A DNA stretch of 64,000 nucleotides from Macrostomum lignano (taxonomy: Eukaryota): positions 79,040-143,039 of the forward strand of contig NIVC01002757.1 of NCBI GenBank assembly GCA_002269645.1. Direction: 5' to 3'. A program made the translations under genes and the position numbers. Position 1 is the stretch's first letter. Each line of letters begins with the position of its first letter. Of the stretch, positions 31,880 through 46,715 are shown piece after piece. The notes beneath the pieces were generated by a model. The model worked only from the letters and a program-made list of their open reading frames with translations. It was not told the origin of the DNA and made no database searches.

Positions 31880-32165
31880 CAGTAGTTAAGTTTAAGTTAA
31901 GTTTAAAAGGGGTACAATATGCTTCTGGCTAACTAGAGCGCTTTAACCATAACCTTATGTACGGCTGTTCAGTCCAAGGACTGGGGGGTCGCCACACACC
32001 CTCAATTACCCCAGCTAATGCTGGCACCCATTTTACAGCTGGGTGAACTGAAGCAATGCAGAGTTAAGTATCTTGTGCTCAAGGATACAAATTGGTCCAG
32101 TGGGATCGGGAATCGAACTCCCAACCTTCAAGTTGTGAGTCCGACGCTCTGACTACTAGGCTACA
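31880..32165 (-). mobile_element. tRNA-derived SINE with a CORE(MIR)-like central domain
   Basis: Minus strand: TAGCCTAGTAGTCAGAGCG (A-box-like)...GAGTTCGATTCCC (B-box), then CCTTGAGCACAAGATACTTAACTC...CAGCTGTAAAATGGGT and a short (AAACTT)n tail. Confidence 0.75.
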
Positions 32166-32358
32166 ACCCGCACGCTCACACAGGGTGTACACAGGCAAGA
32201 GTCAGAGATGCGCCCAACCCTGCGATGTAGATATGCAAAATGAAACAAAAACATTGATTGGAAACAAGCGATTTATAGTATAAAAAATGAAGGACGAGAA
32301 CAAGAATCGAACAGAGTTTTATCGACAGTCTAACTGTTAAACAAACCAAAAAAGCTGC

Positions 32359-35300
32359 TCAATGATCGTCATTAAGCATCTGCTTCATCAGCAACTGCTG
32401 GTCCTGGTAACAGCGAGAACACAGGAAATTGGTCTCCTCTCGAGCGAACATGTCGCAGTTCGGGCCGACACACTGCATCAGAGCCGAACGGCGCATTTGT
32501 TGGTCGATAATTTCGGCAGACCGGCGCTTCTGTAATTCGTCTAATTGTGAGAACCGAGCCATAGCCGAGGTCAGGTAGCTGCTAACTGCGTCAGTGAAAT
32601 GTGGCGGTCGATTAGTAACGCCCAGGTGGGCGCATAGCAACCCGGTTGAGGCGCTATCCAGTAGCGCCTGGTCCGCCACCGAGGAGGCATCAGCTGGTGA
32701 AGTTGGCGTTGCAACCGACGGCCATTTACTAGATTTACCTGTTCGCCTAATTGGTAGACGCTGCTGCATGGCTTTGAGCAGTTGATGGCCAAGAGATCGG
32801 CTCGGGTTCTGTTGGCCCTGCGACTGGGAAACAAGGACGGGAGGGGTAGGTGTTAGTACGATAAACTAGTACTAGTATAACATGATCCACTACGTTACAC
32901 TGTTACACTACATGTTACAGTAGATGTTACACTATACTTTACAGTAGCTCTTACACTATATGTTACAGTAGCTGTTACACTATATGTTACAGTAGCTGTT
33001 GCACTGTATGTTACAGTAGCTGTTACACTATATGTTACAGTAGCTGTTGCACTGTATGTTACAGTAGCTGTTACACTATATGTTACAGTAGCTGTTACAC
33101 TGTATGTTACAGTAGCTGTTACACTGTATGTTACAGTAGCTGTTACACTGTATGTTACAGTAGCTGTTACACTACATGTTACAGTAGCTGTTACACTACA
33201 TGTTACAGTAGCTGTTACACTATATGTTACAGTAGCTGTTACACTACATGTTACAGTAGCTGTTACACTACATGTTACAGTAGCTGTTACACTACATGTT
33301 ACAGTAGCTGTTACACTACATGTTACAGTAGCTGTTACACTATATGTTACAGTAGCTGTTACACTACATGTTACAGCAGCTGTTACAGCATCTGTTACAC
33401 TATATGTTACAGTAGCTGTTACACTACATGTTACAGTAGCTGTTACACTACATGTTACAGTAGCTGTTACACTACATGTTACAGTAGATGTTACACTACA
33501 TGTTACAGTAGCTGTTACACTACATGTTACAGTAGCTGTTACACTATATGTTACAGTAGCTGTTACACTACATGTTACAGTAGCTGTTACACTACATGTT
33601 ACAGTAGCTGTTACACTACATGTTACAGCATCTGTTACACTACATGTTACAGCATCTGTTACACTACATGTTACAGCATCTGTTACACTACATGTTACAG
33701 CATCTGTTACACTACATGTTACAGCATCTGTTACACTACATGTTACAGCATCTGTTACACTATACTTTACAGTAGCTGTTACACTACATGTTACAGCATC
33801 TGTTACACTACATGTTACAGCATCTGTTACACAACATGTTACAGCAGCTCACCATGCCCCCTGGATACAATCCATCAACACCGCCGCGCATTCTACGACA
33901 GTCGAGAGTAGCAGATCTCTGCTGCAACTGCGAATGCAACTGTTGTTGCTGCTGCTGCTGTTGATACTCAACAAAGCCGCTATCGTCTGCTGAAACAGCA
34001 CCGACTGTTGCCATAGACAACTGCGCCGCATTGCCAACTGAACTACCCGAACGAGTTAGTCCAACTACTACTGGGCGTTGAGTAACAGCAGCAACGGCAG
34101 CCTGAGCGACAGCCGCCGGAAGCGGCTGCGGCGGAGCCACAGGCAATCTCAGAGTTGAGCATCTCAGATAAGAAGCCAGCAGTTTAGCTCGAAGCCTGCC
34201 GCCCATTTCTGTATCGGGCGTCGCCACTGGAGCGTCGTTAACAACAGCCGCAGCGGCAGATTTCGACGACCATTTCCAGTGCGGCCCGGGATCGGCACTA
34301 AAGTGCAGAGGCAGCGGGGTGTGCAGATCGCAGCAGCACAATGGAACAGCGTAGGGCAAGTTTACAGCAGTTTCCATGGGAACCAATGCGGAGAAATGAG
34401 CTGCATCGTAGGCTAGCAATACCGGATGCTTAGAACAATGCTCTGGTTTCTCTAACAGCGGCAGATAGATTCCGGCAAACGGTATTGGAGCTAAATTGTC
34501 ACCTTCGGAGTCTTTGACAAACTGATCGGCTATCACTATGATGGGCCGGCGGAATACATTGGCGGCTACGAATACGTGGATTTCTTCTAGAGAATCCAGC
34601 TGATGCTGATGCTGCTGACCGATCTGCTGCTGTTGTTGCTGCTTAGGCTGGGCGCTAGCCAGTTGTAGCAACGATTTCCATTCCGATTGCCATTCCGACT
34701 CGCTTAATCTCAGGCCCGTGGCTCGGTACAGCTCCCGGGCTGTCTGCCATCTCCAGCGCCTGTACACAGCTGCACTATGAGACAGCAAATATTCGTGCAA
34801 CGCGCTTCGGAATACCAATTGACGATCGTGGAAGCCTAGACTGCTCAGACTGATAGCATGTAGAAGGCAGTTGCCATCGCCGCTCGTTTGCAGAGGCCAC
34901 AATCGTTGGGACAGGCCAAGGTCGTGCCTAGGTATTAGTGTGAGGACTTACGCGTCAGCTGCTTGTACTCTAAGCATATTAAATCTCTAGTCTACCTTCA
35001 GGAAACTGGTAACAATGTCAGGCTACATCCCTAGTTTACATTCAGGAAACTGGTAACAATGTCAGGCTACATCCCTAGTTTACCATTAGGAAACTGGTAA
35101 CAATGTCAGGCTACATCCCTAGTTTACCATTAGGAAACTGGTAACAATGTCAGGCTATATCCCTAGTTTACCATTAGGAAACTGGTAACAATGTCAGGCT
35201 ATATCCCTAGTTTACCATTAGGAAACTGGTAACAATGTCAGGCTACATCCCTAGTTTACCATTAGGAAACTGGTAACAATGTCAGGCTACATCCCTAGTT

Positions 35301-37389
35301 TACCATTAGGAAACTGGTAACAATGTCAGGCTACATCCCTAGTTTACCATTAGGAAACTGGTAACAATGTCAGGCTACATCCCTAGTTTACCATTAGGAA
35401 ACTGGTAACAATGTCAGGCTATATCCCTAGTTTACCATTAGGAAACTGGTAACAATGTCAGGCTATATCCCTAGTTTACCATTAGGAAACTGGTAACAAT
35501 GTCAGGCTACATCCCTAGTTTACCATTAGGAAACTGGTAACAATGTCAGGCTACATCCCTAGTTTACCATTAGGAAACTGGTAACAATGTCAGGCTACAT
35601 CCCTAGTTTACCATTAGGAAACTGGTAACAATGTCAGGCTACATCCCTAGTTTACCATTAGGAAACTGGTAACAATGTCAGGCTATATCCCTAGTTTACC
35701 ATTAGGAAACTGGTAACAATGTCAGGCTATATCCCTAGTTTACCATTAGGAAACTGGTAACAATGTCAGGCTACATCCCTAGTTTACCATTAGGAAACTG
35801 GTAACAATGTCAGGCTACATCCCTAGTTTACCATTAGGAAACTGGTAACAATGTCAGGCTACATCCCTAGTTTACCCTCAGGAAACTGGTAACAATGTCA
35901 GGCTACATCCCTAGTTTACCATTAGGAAACTGGTAACAATGTCAGGCTACATCCCTAGTTTACCATTAGGAAACTGGTAACAATGTCAGGCTACATCCCT
36001 AGTTTACCATTAGGAAACTGGTAACAATGTCAGGCTACATCCCTAGTTTACCATTAGGAAACTGGTAACAATGTCAGGCTACATCCCTAGTTTACCATTA
36101 GGAAACTGGTAACAATGTCAGGCTACATCCCTAGTTTACCATTAGGAAACTGGTAACAATGTCAGACTACATCCCTAGTTTACCATTAGGAAACTGGTAA
36201 CAATGTCAGGCTATATCCCTAGTTTACCATCAGGAAACTGGTAACAATGTCAGGCTACATCCCTAGGTAGTTTACCCTCAGGAAACTGGTAACAATGTCA
36301 GGCTACATCCCTAGTTTACCATTAGGAAACTGGTAACAATGTCAGACTACATCCCTAGTTTACCATTAGGAAACTGGTAACAATGTCAGGCTATATCCCT
36401 AGTTTACCATCAGGAAACTGGTAACAATGTCAGGCTACATCCCTAGTTTACCATTAGGAAACTGGTAACAATGTCAGACTACATCCCTAGTTTACCATTA
36501 GGAAACTGGTAACAATGTCAGGCTATATCCCTAGTTTACCATCAGGAAACTGGTAACAATGTCAGGCTACATCCCTAGGTAGTTTACCCTCAGGAAACTG
36601 GTAACAATGTCAGGCTACATCCCTAGTTTACCCTCAGGAAACTGGTAACAATGTCAGGCTACATCTCTAGTTTACCCTCAGGAAACTGGTAACAATGTCA
36701 GGCTACATCCCTAGTTTACCCTCAGGAAACTGGTAACAATGTCAGGCTACCCCTTACTACTAACCAATGGTAGACAAAATTAACCCAAAGTAACCTTACC
36801 ACCAATTCAAACAACCAGCCTGCTCCAAGTTAACCAGAGTCCCCGTATCCAACAGTTCCTTCTCCAAAAAGGCTCGAAATTCCAACGGATAGGTTGACAA
36901 GTCAGGCAATATGAAGGAATAACTACCATTGGCGCCGCAAGCACTACCATTTCGTGACAGGCTGCGACCATTGCCAGAATTAGAGCAACCGCTACCAGCT
37001 GTACCGCCACATGCGCCATTGTTGTTTATCCTCCTACCCGGCACATTTTCCGCTTGCACAACAGCCCTATTCGATGCCAACACTTCGTCAAATGCGCACG
37101 AGAAGCCGCGTTGGGTGCGAGATTCTACGCCCGAAGAGGCTGAGGAAGAATTTATAGCGGCACAACGCGCCGACACCATTCTGGATGCCTCGCCTACAGC
37201 AGCTGGCATGCTTGGTGACTGCTGCATCTGTTGCTGCTGGGCCGGCGAGTCTTCGCTACTAAAAGCGCTGCTGCATGCGCTACTACTGCTACTACTGCTA
37301 GTAGCGGTGCTACTATTACTTCCGATTAAATTGGCATTGGTTTTGACAGTTAATGGCTCCGGTTTGCTATCTAAATGTACAGTGTTCAT
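32359..37389 (-). CDS. OTUD7: OTU-domain deubiquitinase, OTUD7A/B (Cezanne, A20-family)-like. Exons 37389-36800, 34927-33853, 32823-32359; about 709 aa
   Basis: Spliced LEQAGCLNWW-HDLG..RLWPLQTSGDGNCLLHA; LEEIHVFVAANVFRRPIIV; PVLLAYDAAHFSALV; C-terminal A20-type finger CVGPNCDMFAREETNFLCSRCY. Introns are GT-AG with matching phases (2,0); the CDS is 2130 nt. An acceptor-like site just 5' of the ATG suggests a possible upstream exon. Confidence 0.88.
32890..33845. repeat. 24-bp minisatellite (TGTTACAGTAGC-TGTTACACTACA, two 12-bp subunits) filling OTUD7 intron 2
   Basis: Period 24 read directly. Confidence 0.95.
34998..36750. repeat. 44-bp minisatellite (AGGAAACTGGTAACAATGTCAGGCTACATCCCTAGTTTACCATT), about 40 copies, filling OTUD7 intron 1
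   Basis: Period 44 read directly; units are near-identical with no spacers. Confidence 0.95.
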
Positions 37390-37974
37390 TGCTGCATCAA
37401 AATAAGATTGTTCATGTCATGAATTGAATTTATTGATTTGGAGTTTGGTAGTGTATTTGGTTATAAAATTGTACAATTTACAGTTTTTTTCCTAGAGCTC
37501 CACACTTATTCAAAATCATTGAAGTTTATCATTTTAGTTGGGAATCAGTTTCATTTTTACTTAGCTAGTGATATTTGGGATAGATAAATCCCTCTACATA
37601 GCTCTTTTATCTGAATTCATTCTACAACATGGCTCTAGCACTATTTGACTCTTTTTCATCTGTCTTACCAATATTTAGATTATCTTTACCTTCTTATTAG
37701 CCAAAAATTTAAACTAGCATAAGATAGAAAATAAAATCAAAGACACTGAAAGTTTAATTAGAAAATATTTAAAATATATTATTTGATATTTTCGAAATTA
37801 ATATTGTGCAAAATGAGTTAAACACAGTATACTTCTAGAAGTAGTGCAATTGATGTGTTCTACATCAAAATTTCAAGGGAATTTTTAGTTTGATAGCACT
37901 ATATAGCTATTAAATAGCCACTGCTGCAACAGTTAAGCATGGCATATTCAAGGATAGTTATTTAAGGTATTTTA

Positions 37975-38376
37975 GTGAATGGAACAAGCTGTACTTTTTG
38001 TAAAGACTTTTGTAAAGAGCATCTTCCAGAAGTTTTTGAAGCATTTGCAACTGAGTTTCCTGGCGGTAGCGAATTTACATCGCTGCTATCTCGTGGCAAG
38101 CTCCGGCACCCGCCAGAGTGGCTTTTAGTTTTCTCCAGCCTGTGCTATGCTTTTTTCTCCTCTGTCAAGATCCACTGCGTCAACTATTGTGTCCGATCTT
38201 TTATTAACGTTTTTGAAGCTTTCATGGATGTAACTGTTTCAGATCCAGCTCAGGTTAGCCGCATTTCCAGGAGGTTAGCTAACACATTTTTTAAAGGACT
38301 CGTGCGTCGTGATTCGGACCATGTACGAGAGACGCCCGGCAGTGGACGGCGTCTGCGAAAGTTAGCATCAAGTTAG
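37975..38376 (+). pseudogene. Probable C-terminal fragment of a P-element/THAP9-like transposase
   Basis: SRGKLRHPP...CYAFF...C...RRLANTFFKG resembles the C-terminus of P-like transposases; no catalytic core was seen. Confidence 0.4.
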
Positions 38377-40884
38377 TTATGAGCTGTTTGTACGCTTTTT
38401 GAGAAATCCGTGACATTCTATCAACACACCGAGTTCGTATAAAACTTGAACACCCATTGTACACTTAGACACCTCTAATTTAAACAAACGAAGTGGACAC
38501 TGGAAAATATCGAAATATCCAACCAAAAATGCAATAAGCCAAAATCGGAGGCAACATAGCTCGTAGAATTGAAGCGAACATTGTTAATTGATTGAGCATG
38601 TAATTTGACCCATAGTCCATGGTTGTCCATGTTTTATACAGACCCAATTCACATTCACGTCATTGAATATGCTTATGCTTTCATAAGTTGGTTTATGCAT
38701 CTGTTGCTGCTTTCATACGTTGGTTTAAACATTTGTTGCTGCTTTCATAAGTTGGTTTCTGCATTTTACTGCTGTTGCCTACCCAATAGTTGCCACAGTT
38801 TCTATACACTATACACTATACACAGTCTTATATTTGCAGCCTTACATACATATTTGCCTTACTGTAGCTATCAATTGAGATTAAAGTACAATGAGCTGCT
38901 GTGCAACAAGCAACCAGTTCAGTTCAACATTTTTTGTTTCCAGTCCAACAACGATACATCGATTGTTATCAGCACTGGCATTGTGCCAGTTTCTCTGCTT
39001 TTGCTCTTTGTTATTTTATTGTTGAAAAGATCAGGGATGGCTTTTGAAAAGTACAGACTGACGGGCTTCGTTCTTTGTTAATCTCATCTCATTTTAATTG
39101 GATTACATTAGCTCAATTGTCGGAATTATCCTTTAAATATCCTAGCTTTATTGTTCTATAATAAAGAAGGGGGTAACAGTACCTTGCTGTACATTTCTCG
39201 CGAATACATGTAGTTGCAGCCGAAACTGTTCACTCATCTAAAAGAGGAATAAATTCTGAGCAACCCCGTGAAAAAACTAGACCTCTACATGCAACCATTT
39301 AAAAATAACAGCATTTTGAAAAATGGCCTTCAAAAAAATCTACACCATTCGGGAGTGCAGCGTCCTTCTACTTAAGTAGTCCTTGGGTAGAAACTGCCTG
39401 CTTTAATTTTAATGCCCATTCCTTGATACAAATGCATGTTGAAATTTAGAGAAAACTAGGTATAAGTTTAACCACCTCTAAAGGGCAAATATATCTGCCT
39501 TATTAAACATTCACATTTAAATACTATACAAAAGCATCTGCAAAGGCATGACATAACAAATGAAAGCTTAGCTTCAAAGAATTGTGTTTAAACTATTCTG
39601 TACCCATGGCATGTATACAGATAAGCAAACTGGTATCATAGGCCAATAAGAATTGGCAAGATAGCAATGCAGTTACTAGGCTAGGCCCATCTACTGTCTC
39701 TTAGGTGAGCACCCCTGTATCATAGGTGGAAGGCTGAGTCTAAGTCTCAAATAGACTATTAAAAAATTAAAAAAGACCAAAAGACATGCATAACATATAT
39801 ACTATCATCAGATAGCGACTAATAAGAACTTAGTTAAATTAGTATCTCTATTTTTTCTATGACAATACAGTGGCTAAATTGTAGCAATGCAATAATTGCA
39901 AGGGAGCCAGCCATTATAGGCCATTTGTAGCTGGCACATTAGGACTATATTTAAATAATACTTGTACTTTATATTTTTAGGTTCAAAATGAAACTATATT
40001 TAGTTTGACAAATGCAAAGCTGTCTCCATATGTTAGTTTTTATGTTCTATTTAGTATATAGCACTGGTTTTTCTTTGGAAACCTCAAAGGAGCAAAGATA
40101 TATTTTAGAATCAAGCCTTATAGATAGCAATTATACAAATTGTTCTTTCTTTCTGCTACAATTATTCAACAAGCATGATTGTTATTTTTTTGTTGTACAA
40201 GAAATTTGCTAATATAAGAATATGTTGTATAATATTGTAATTATGTTTATTTTAGAAGACTTTTTGATATTGCTAAAGGAGGTAGCAAGCAGCTTTTAAT
40301 GGCTTTGTACCTTTATATCACTTGGGTATATTTTTACTGCTCCTTGATTTCAATCACCCACATTAATCTTTAGGCATGACCTTAATTAGACTCAATGATA
40401 AAGGATATTTCTAGCAATTAGACCTCTTTGTCCATTGGATGGAGTGCCAAAGGAATATAAAAGGTGAAATTTAATTATGGTATAGACTTTTATTATAAAG
40501 CTATATCCTTGCTATTTGTCAATTGCCATTGCCTGCTTCTTTTTATTTTCCTATTCCCCTTTTGTGCCCCATATTTATTCACATTTATTCATTTTGTTTA
40601 TTGTCTTGCTTATCTTGCTCCCTTTTTTGTTTACTCTGCCTATCATTGTCTTTTTTCTTGCCCCCTTCAAGACTTCCTTGCAATGCCTAACAATTTGCAA
40701 TGGGAGACATAACAACTCTCCAAGCTCCACCATGGCCCTAGAAAGCCCCAAGCCACACTGTGCAACATGAAACACCCTGGCTAATAGAGGCAAATGCAAA
40801 GTAGACCCAGTTACTTGTGGAGGCTATGTGCCAAATAACTATAGATATTATCAGTAAATAGCTAAAATGGCCTTATTCTGCATA

Positions 40885-41672
40885 TGGCTCATTCCATATA
40901 AGATAAACATATTTGGAAAATAGAAAAAAGTCAATATTTTTGCTTGCCATTGCCTAATTAGCCTATTTTTTTACCAAATGTTTATATTGTGCAATATATA
41001 CAATCTAAGAATAAAGGAATGGTAAAATGTTGGATTAGTATATTATCAATTGGCAAAAAGTCATTTTTGTAAAAATTTGGACATTTTTCGAAGCAAAAGA
41101 CATCATTAAGATTTTGTACCTTTTAAAAACAAATAGAAAGCTTTTGAAGGTTGAAACAAACTATAGATAAAAGTATAGTACTTGCATCATCAGATAAAAG
41201 CATTGGTGACCAAATAATCTATTATATTTTTAATGTATTAGTACCTCAAAGTTACTGAATTGACAGAAAAAAATATGTTACGACCATAATGTTACGACCA
41301 TAAGGCTGCCTTTTCTTTTGTATCTTTGTTGCCTTTTGAGTTTATATATTCTAATAAAAGAGTATGATTTCTAAAGATGTTCTTAGTCAAATTTTAAAAA
41401 TGTATTGCAAAATATCAAAAATGAAAAATGTTATAAGACTTTTACCTTTTAGTTTCTATATGTCAAAAATCCTGTCGTTACGACCATAAGTGTCATTTAA
41501 GGTTTAATAGCATCTATACTAATGATGATATCTATATGAAACTCTATAAATATATTCTAGACAAAATAATCTTTTATTTAAAATATTGGTTTAGTATATT
41601 CTATTATTAGATTTCATTTTATAAGTAAAAATAGCCTGTCATGTTACGACCATGCTTATATGGAATGAGCCA
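40885..41672. mobile_element. MITE with ~18-bp TIRs (TGGCTCATTCCATATAAG) and TA flanks
   Basis: Inverted repeat at both ends, each flanked by TA; internal repeated ATGTTACGACCAT motifs. Confidence 0.75.
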
Positions 41673-44264
41673 TATATGTATGGCACCTTGGCACTTTAGT
41701 ATATGTAGGAATAAGACTATTACTCATTTATGTGAACTTTTGTATAATTAATTTGTGCCCCAGGATAGGACACTGCAGGCTATTAAAAAGTTCTATATGA
41801 TATAATACTTGTTCTTTTATTGGCCTTACTTCTGGTCCTTTAGGTGGTCCTCTCTTTCTTTTTTGTGCCATGGATCCAATTGCCCTTTTTGTTTTTTTAT
41901 ATTTCTGCATTCATTTATTGAAATGCCATATATGGGATCAATATTGGATCTCCTATTTTTCTATGTTGCCTTAATGTTTTTGCTATATGCCATAGATATC
42001 CAATATACTAAAAATGAAAATCTTGCTTGTTTGTTTGTTTGTACGCAATCGATTAGAGAAAAAATGGCTGGACCGATTTTCATGAGACTTGCACTGTTCG
42101 ATCAGAAATTTTCCCGTGACAGTACATGCATTGTGGCTAAGAAATTTAACTTGCTAATTTTATTTTCTTTTTGCTTGCTCTCTTTTTCTTTTTCAAGTAA
42201 TTACTTTTACTATTAGCTATATCTAAATATACTTATTATTGTAATTATGCTTATGATATCATTATTATACATATTAGGCCTACTTATAAAAATATTGTTT
42301 TTGAATGAAGAAACTATTCATTTTTATTTTCTATATTGATTTCTAATATATCATTATATGTTCTAATAAAAATTTTTTCAATCTAATAGGTGGTCTTTTT
42401 GTTGTAGAAATTTTAGTTAATAATATAGATTATAACACTCCTATTTTAGCCATTTATGCCTGTTGCTATTAGGCCTAGACCATTTAAGTTTCATTGAAAA
42501 AAATGTTTTAAACTGCAATAGAAAACTAACTAAATATAAACTTAATTTAATAAACTTAAATATATTGTAAAATGTCATCTTTTTTGGTTTTATGCTTGGC
42601 TTAAACATAAAATAAATTAACAAGTAAGATGCCTATGTTCTGCTTGGTATTTTGGCAAATTGCCAACAATATCAAAATGAAAGCTAATAAATAACAAAAT
42701 GTTTGATTCTTCTGATTCACAAAATTTGTAAAAGCAGGCAAGCCCAAACAAATAGATTATAAAAACAAAATCATCATTTATTGTATTTAGTCCTTTTTAT
42801 CAAAAAGTAAATGCTCAAATATTCACTCCAGACCAAAGATTATTTAAGTTTCAGGCCTTTTTAAAACTTGAAAATTAAACAAACATCATACTAATATCCT
42901 CTCATATTTATTTATTTCATATCCAGCAGTAGTAACATTATATATATTTCCATAAGCCTAGCTACAATCTAGACCCATGTTATACTAGCTATTTTATTCA
43001 TACTCTAGCTTTAGGCCTAGCTATATTTGATTTTATAAATATCTTAAACTAGCCTACAGCCATACAAAAATAAATATAACTATAACTATTTGAGCTGTAT
43101 ATAGGCCTAGTTATATGTCTGTTATAGCTAGGCCTATTGATAGCCGAGTATAATAATTTTATAATGAATATTTCTATCTATCTATTAATTCTATAATTTA
43201 TCTAATTCCAACAAGCTAATCTGGTCCTAATACTCTACCTTGCTAGCCCTATTAACCACCCTTGCTAATCTAGTCTTGTTGTCTTATCCTTGCTAATCTA
43301 GCCTTAATGCCTCACCCTTTGCTAATCCAGTCCTGCTGCCTTACACCCTGCTTCCTATTCACCCACCTTGCCTTATACCTGCTTTCCTATCCACCCACTT
43401 TCCCCTCTACCTATCTTCCTATCCACCTATTTTCCCATCCACCCACTTTCCCCTCCACCTGTTTTCCTATCTACCCGCTTTCTAATCTATTAGCCTCCCT
43501 CCTTTTCAACCTCCCCCTTCTACTTGTCATGCTACATTTGTTTAATTAAGTGTGATATTACCATATCTGTATCTATCAACAAGTTAAAAAAATAATCATT
43601 GTCAAAATTGTAAAGAATGATATATATTGTCATATGAGCCCATTTTATGCATTAAGAAATTTATTTATAATTGGTTATAGCTTAATGAATATTTTTAGGG
43701 ACATCAATTAATATTGAATATAGTTAACAAAATGAAAGGCATTTGCAGTCACCACAAAAGAAAAGTCAGTGGCTAGTCTATGTTTATCAAGGCCAAGGGA
43801 GCCAATAAGTGTCACTAGTAAGATCAGCTAGTAAGATTTGCTTTAGCATTGTGAATGCTTTTGGTATGCAATAGGCTTGTATATTTATCTTTCAAATAAT
43901 TTTTCAAAGCAAAGAATAGCCTTCTTAAGTGAAGCGTTTAAGCATCTGAGTGCCAAGGAAAAACAAGCATATAAAAATGCCACTAAAGAAGCTTGTGTTC
44001 GAGGTCTGTCAGGTCTTGAATTGGAGCAAATGGTGATCTAGTAATTTTTTTAAATATTTGCAGGAGGATTATAGGCACCATGGCACAAGGCCTTTGAAAA
44101 GATCATTCCACAAACAGTGAAGAGGCAATTCTGTCTATTCCATTTACTCCTAAGCTTACTCTTCACAAACATACATGGATATGTGTGTAGGCATACACAC
44201 AACTTGTCTATCTGCTTTAGATGACTCTATCATCCTCAGGCTATTATCAGCCTCAGAATATTAA

Positions 44265-44348
44265 AGAGCCACCATGTCAAACATAGAAGAGCCACCATGT
44301 CAAACATAGAAGAGCCACCATGTCAAACATTAAAGAGCCACCATGTCA
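44265..44348. repeat. 23-bp tandem repeat, about 4 copies (AGAGCCACCATGTCAAACATAGA)
   Basis: Units at 44265, 44288, 44311 and 44334. Confidence 0.85.
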
Positions 44349-45398
44349 GCAACCTTATTTATACCCTATTTTACGCCATTCCAGCCAATAATATATTCCA
44401 GATTATTTAACTTATTTGTTACTTGACCAAGGAAGTCTTTGTACTTGATAAACATTTCTGATGATCTAGAACATAGACTATTGATATAAGAAAATAAGCT
44501 GAAGTGCAAGTTCAAGTTTTTATTATAGAAATAAGAGAAGAATAGGAACAAAAATGGTGGTAAACTGGTATATTACAATACTTGTACTACCTATCTATGA
44601 TTTGAGCTTCTTTTTAGAGAATTTGCAATGCTGTTTGATGTTTGTTAGCCTTAATAATATCTTTTCACATGCAGGCACATGCCCTATAGGAAAACATTGT
44701 AAAAAATGATTTCTAATAATCCTAAAATGTGGTAAAATAATTTGACTCCTTTTCTAAAGTGCGCATCTGCGAGTTTTCAATGTAATTGTAAAGAAGCATG
44801 ATGGCACACATTTCTGGTCATGTGTTTCTCCAGAAGTTTCTAGACCTCTCAATTCTGCCAGTAGAGTTAGTTATATAGGTACGAGTAGGCTCATAAATCT
44901 GCAAGAGTTGAGGTTATAGGCATTATTATTTATAATTTCTATTGACTTCAAGTTCAATATGAGTGATGATGTACAAGTAGGCCTACTTCTATTTGAAAAT
45001 CAAGAGTAGCATAAAATACTGTCATTTTACTATACTATCGTCATTTTTGCCAAAAATGTATTTGCTTTATCTACTTGTTGGAGAAGCATAATTAAAAAAT
45101 AGAATATACAATTAAAAGAGTAAACTAAAATCTGTCAAAAACATAACATTTTATAGAGCATGGTTTGCCTTTCAACCAGCTATTTGAAACAGAAAAAAAT
45201 ATCTCACTAAAATGGGGGAAAAATATGTTTGACCTTTTCATCCAAAAAACTGTGTTTACATAAAGCCTTCTAAACACCTGATGGCTAGCTCTGCAGCATG
45301 AATTAAGTAGTTTATTGAAACTACTATTAATTTATTGCACTAATACTTATACAAAAAGAAAAGTAGAGGAGTAAGCAGCTGTGAGTCTAGTTAGGAAC

Positions 45399-45930
45399 AA
45401 GTCAACAAATTCAACCCAAATTTGCCAAGCCAGATCAGCAGATTAGAGGCTAAATTTCTACAGGCTACTAGACCACACTGATACATGTATGATGCAGAAA
45501 TAATTGTTTAGGTAAGTCAATTGGCTTCCAAGATAAGCAAAGGTGGAGAAATAGAGCCATCTTATAGTGTATTTAGATAGGAGAAAGTCAATGAATTCAA
45601 CCCAAATTTGCCAAGCCAGATCAGCAGATTTGTGGCTAAATTTCTACAGGCTACTAGACCACACTAGTACATGTATGATGTAGAAAGAATTGTTTAAGTA
45701 AGTCAATCGGCTTCCAAGATATGCAAATGCAGAGAAATAGCCATCTTGTAGTGTATTTAGATAGGAGAAAGTCAACAAATCCAACCCAAATTTGCCAAGC
45801 TGGATCAGCAGATTAGCGGCTAAATTTCTACAGGCTACTAAACCACACTGATAAATGTATGATGCAGAAAGAATTGTTTAAGTAAGTCAATCGGCTTTCA
45901 AGATATGCAAAGGCAGAGAAATAGCCATCT
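45399..45930. repeat. About 185-bp tandem repeat, 3 copies
   Basis: GTCAA..AATTCAACCCAAATTTGCCAAGC at 45401, 45587 and 45771. Confidence 0.85.
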
Positions 45931-46715
45931 TAATAGCAGCTAGTGCATACAGCGACAGCAGTGGTTTTTTCACTGTATTTACACCGACGGACTGCCAATG
46001 AATAGAAACTCTTGCGGCGCATTCCTAGGATTCTTATTCGCTCTTTAACAATAGCGCCGGAAGTTTGTAGCGAGTATCTTTGGCTATATGTATCCAGCAA
46101 TAAGATATACTTAGTTTTTTTCTTAAACCTTCTAAACATTAAATCAACAGCATTCGAACCATTTTTGCAACTGCTAATCTGAAAGTTTTTGGAGGTCACT
46201 TCAAACATTGTTAAGTCAATTTTGCTGGCTTGTATACTTATACTCATATTTTACTTTTGCTACATTGTCAACTTAGAGTACTTTGCCTACTTAACCTAAA
46301 TAACCTACCTTTTCTCCCCAACCTACTTTGCCTACCTATGTAGACTGTCTTGCCTACTTAACATACTGTACTATTTAAATAAACTATTTTGTCTATAATT
46401 AACCAACCTTATCTACAACCTACTTTGCTTACTTAACAACCTATTCTACTTTATCTACTTTGCTTACTTAACCAACCTTGTCTACTTAACCTACTCATAC
46501 TTTGCCTATTTACAATAACTTACTGCATTATCTAAATAAACTGCTTTGACTATTTAACTAGCCTTGTCTACTAAATCTACTTTGCCTACCTAAACTGCCT
46601 ATTCTACTTTATCTACTTTGCTTACTTCTTAGCATATTTTTTCCTGTATACTTTGTCTACCTGTTAGAATTTTGTTTAAGACTAGGCTAATGGCTAAAAT
46701 CAGGTAAGATCTTGA

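Noticed and set aside
32095-32165. Possible tRNA gene
   Set aside because: No convincing acceptor stem, and it continues into a SINE body.
34998-36750. 44-bp array as a possible CRISPR array
   Set aside because: Units are head-to-tail with no unique spacers, there are no cas genes, and it lies in a eukaryotic intron.
44265-44348. Four perfect Kozak sequences (GCCACCATG)
   Set aside because: They come from one 23-bp tandem unit and open only very short frames; probably chance.
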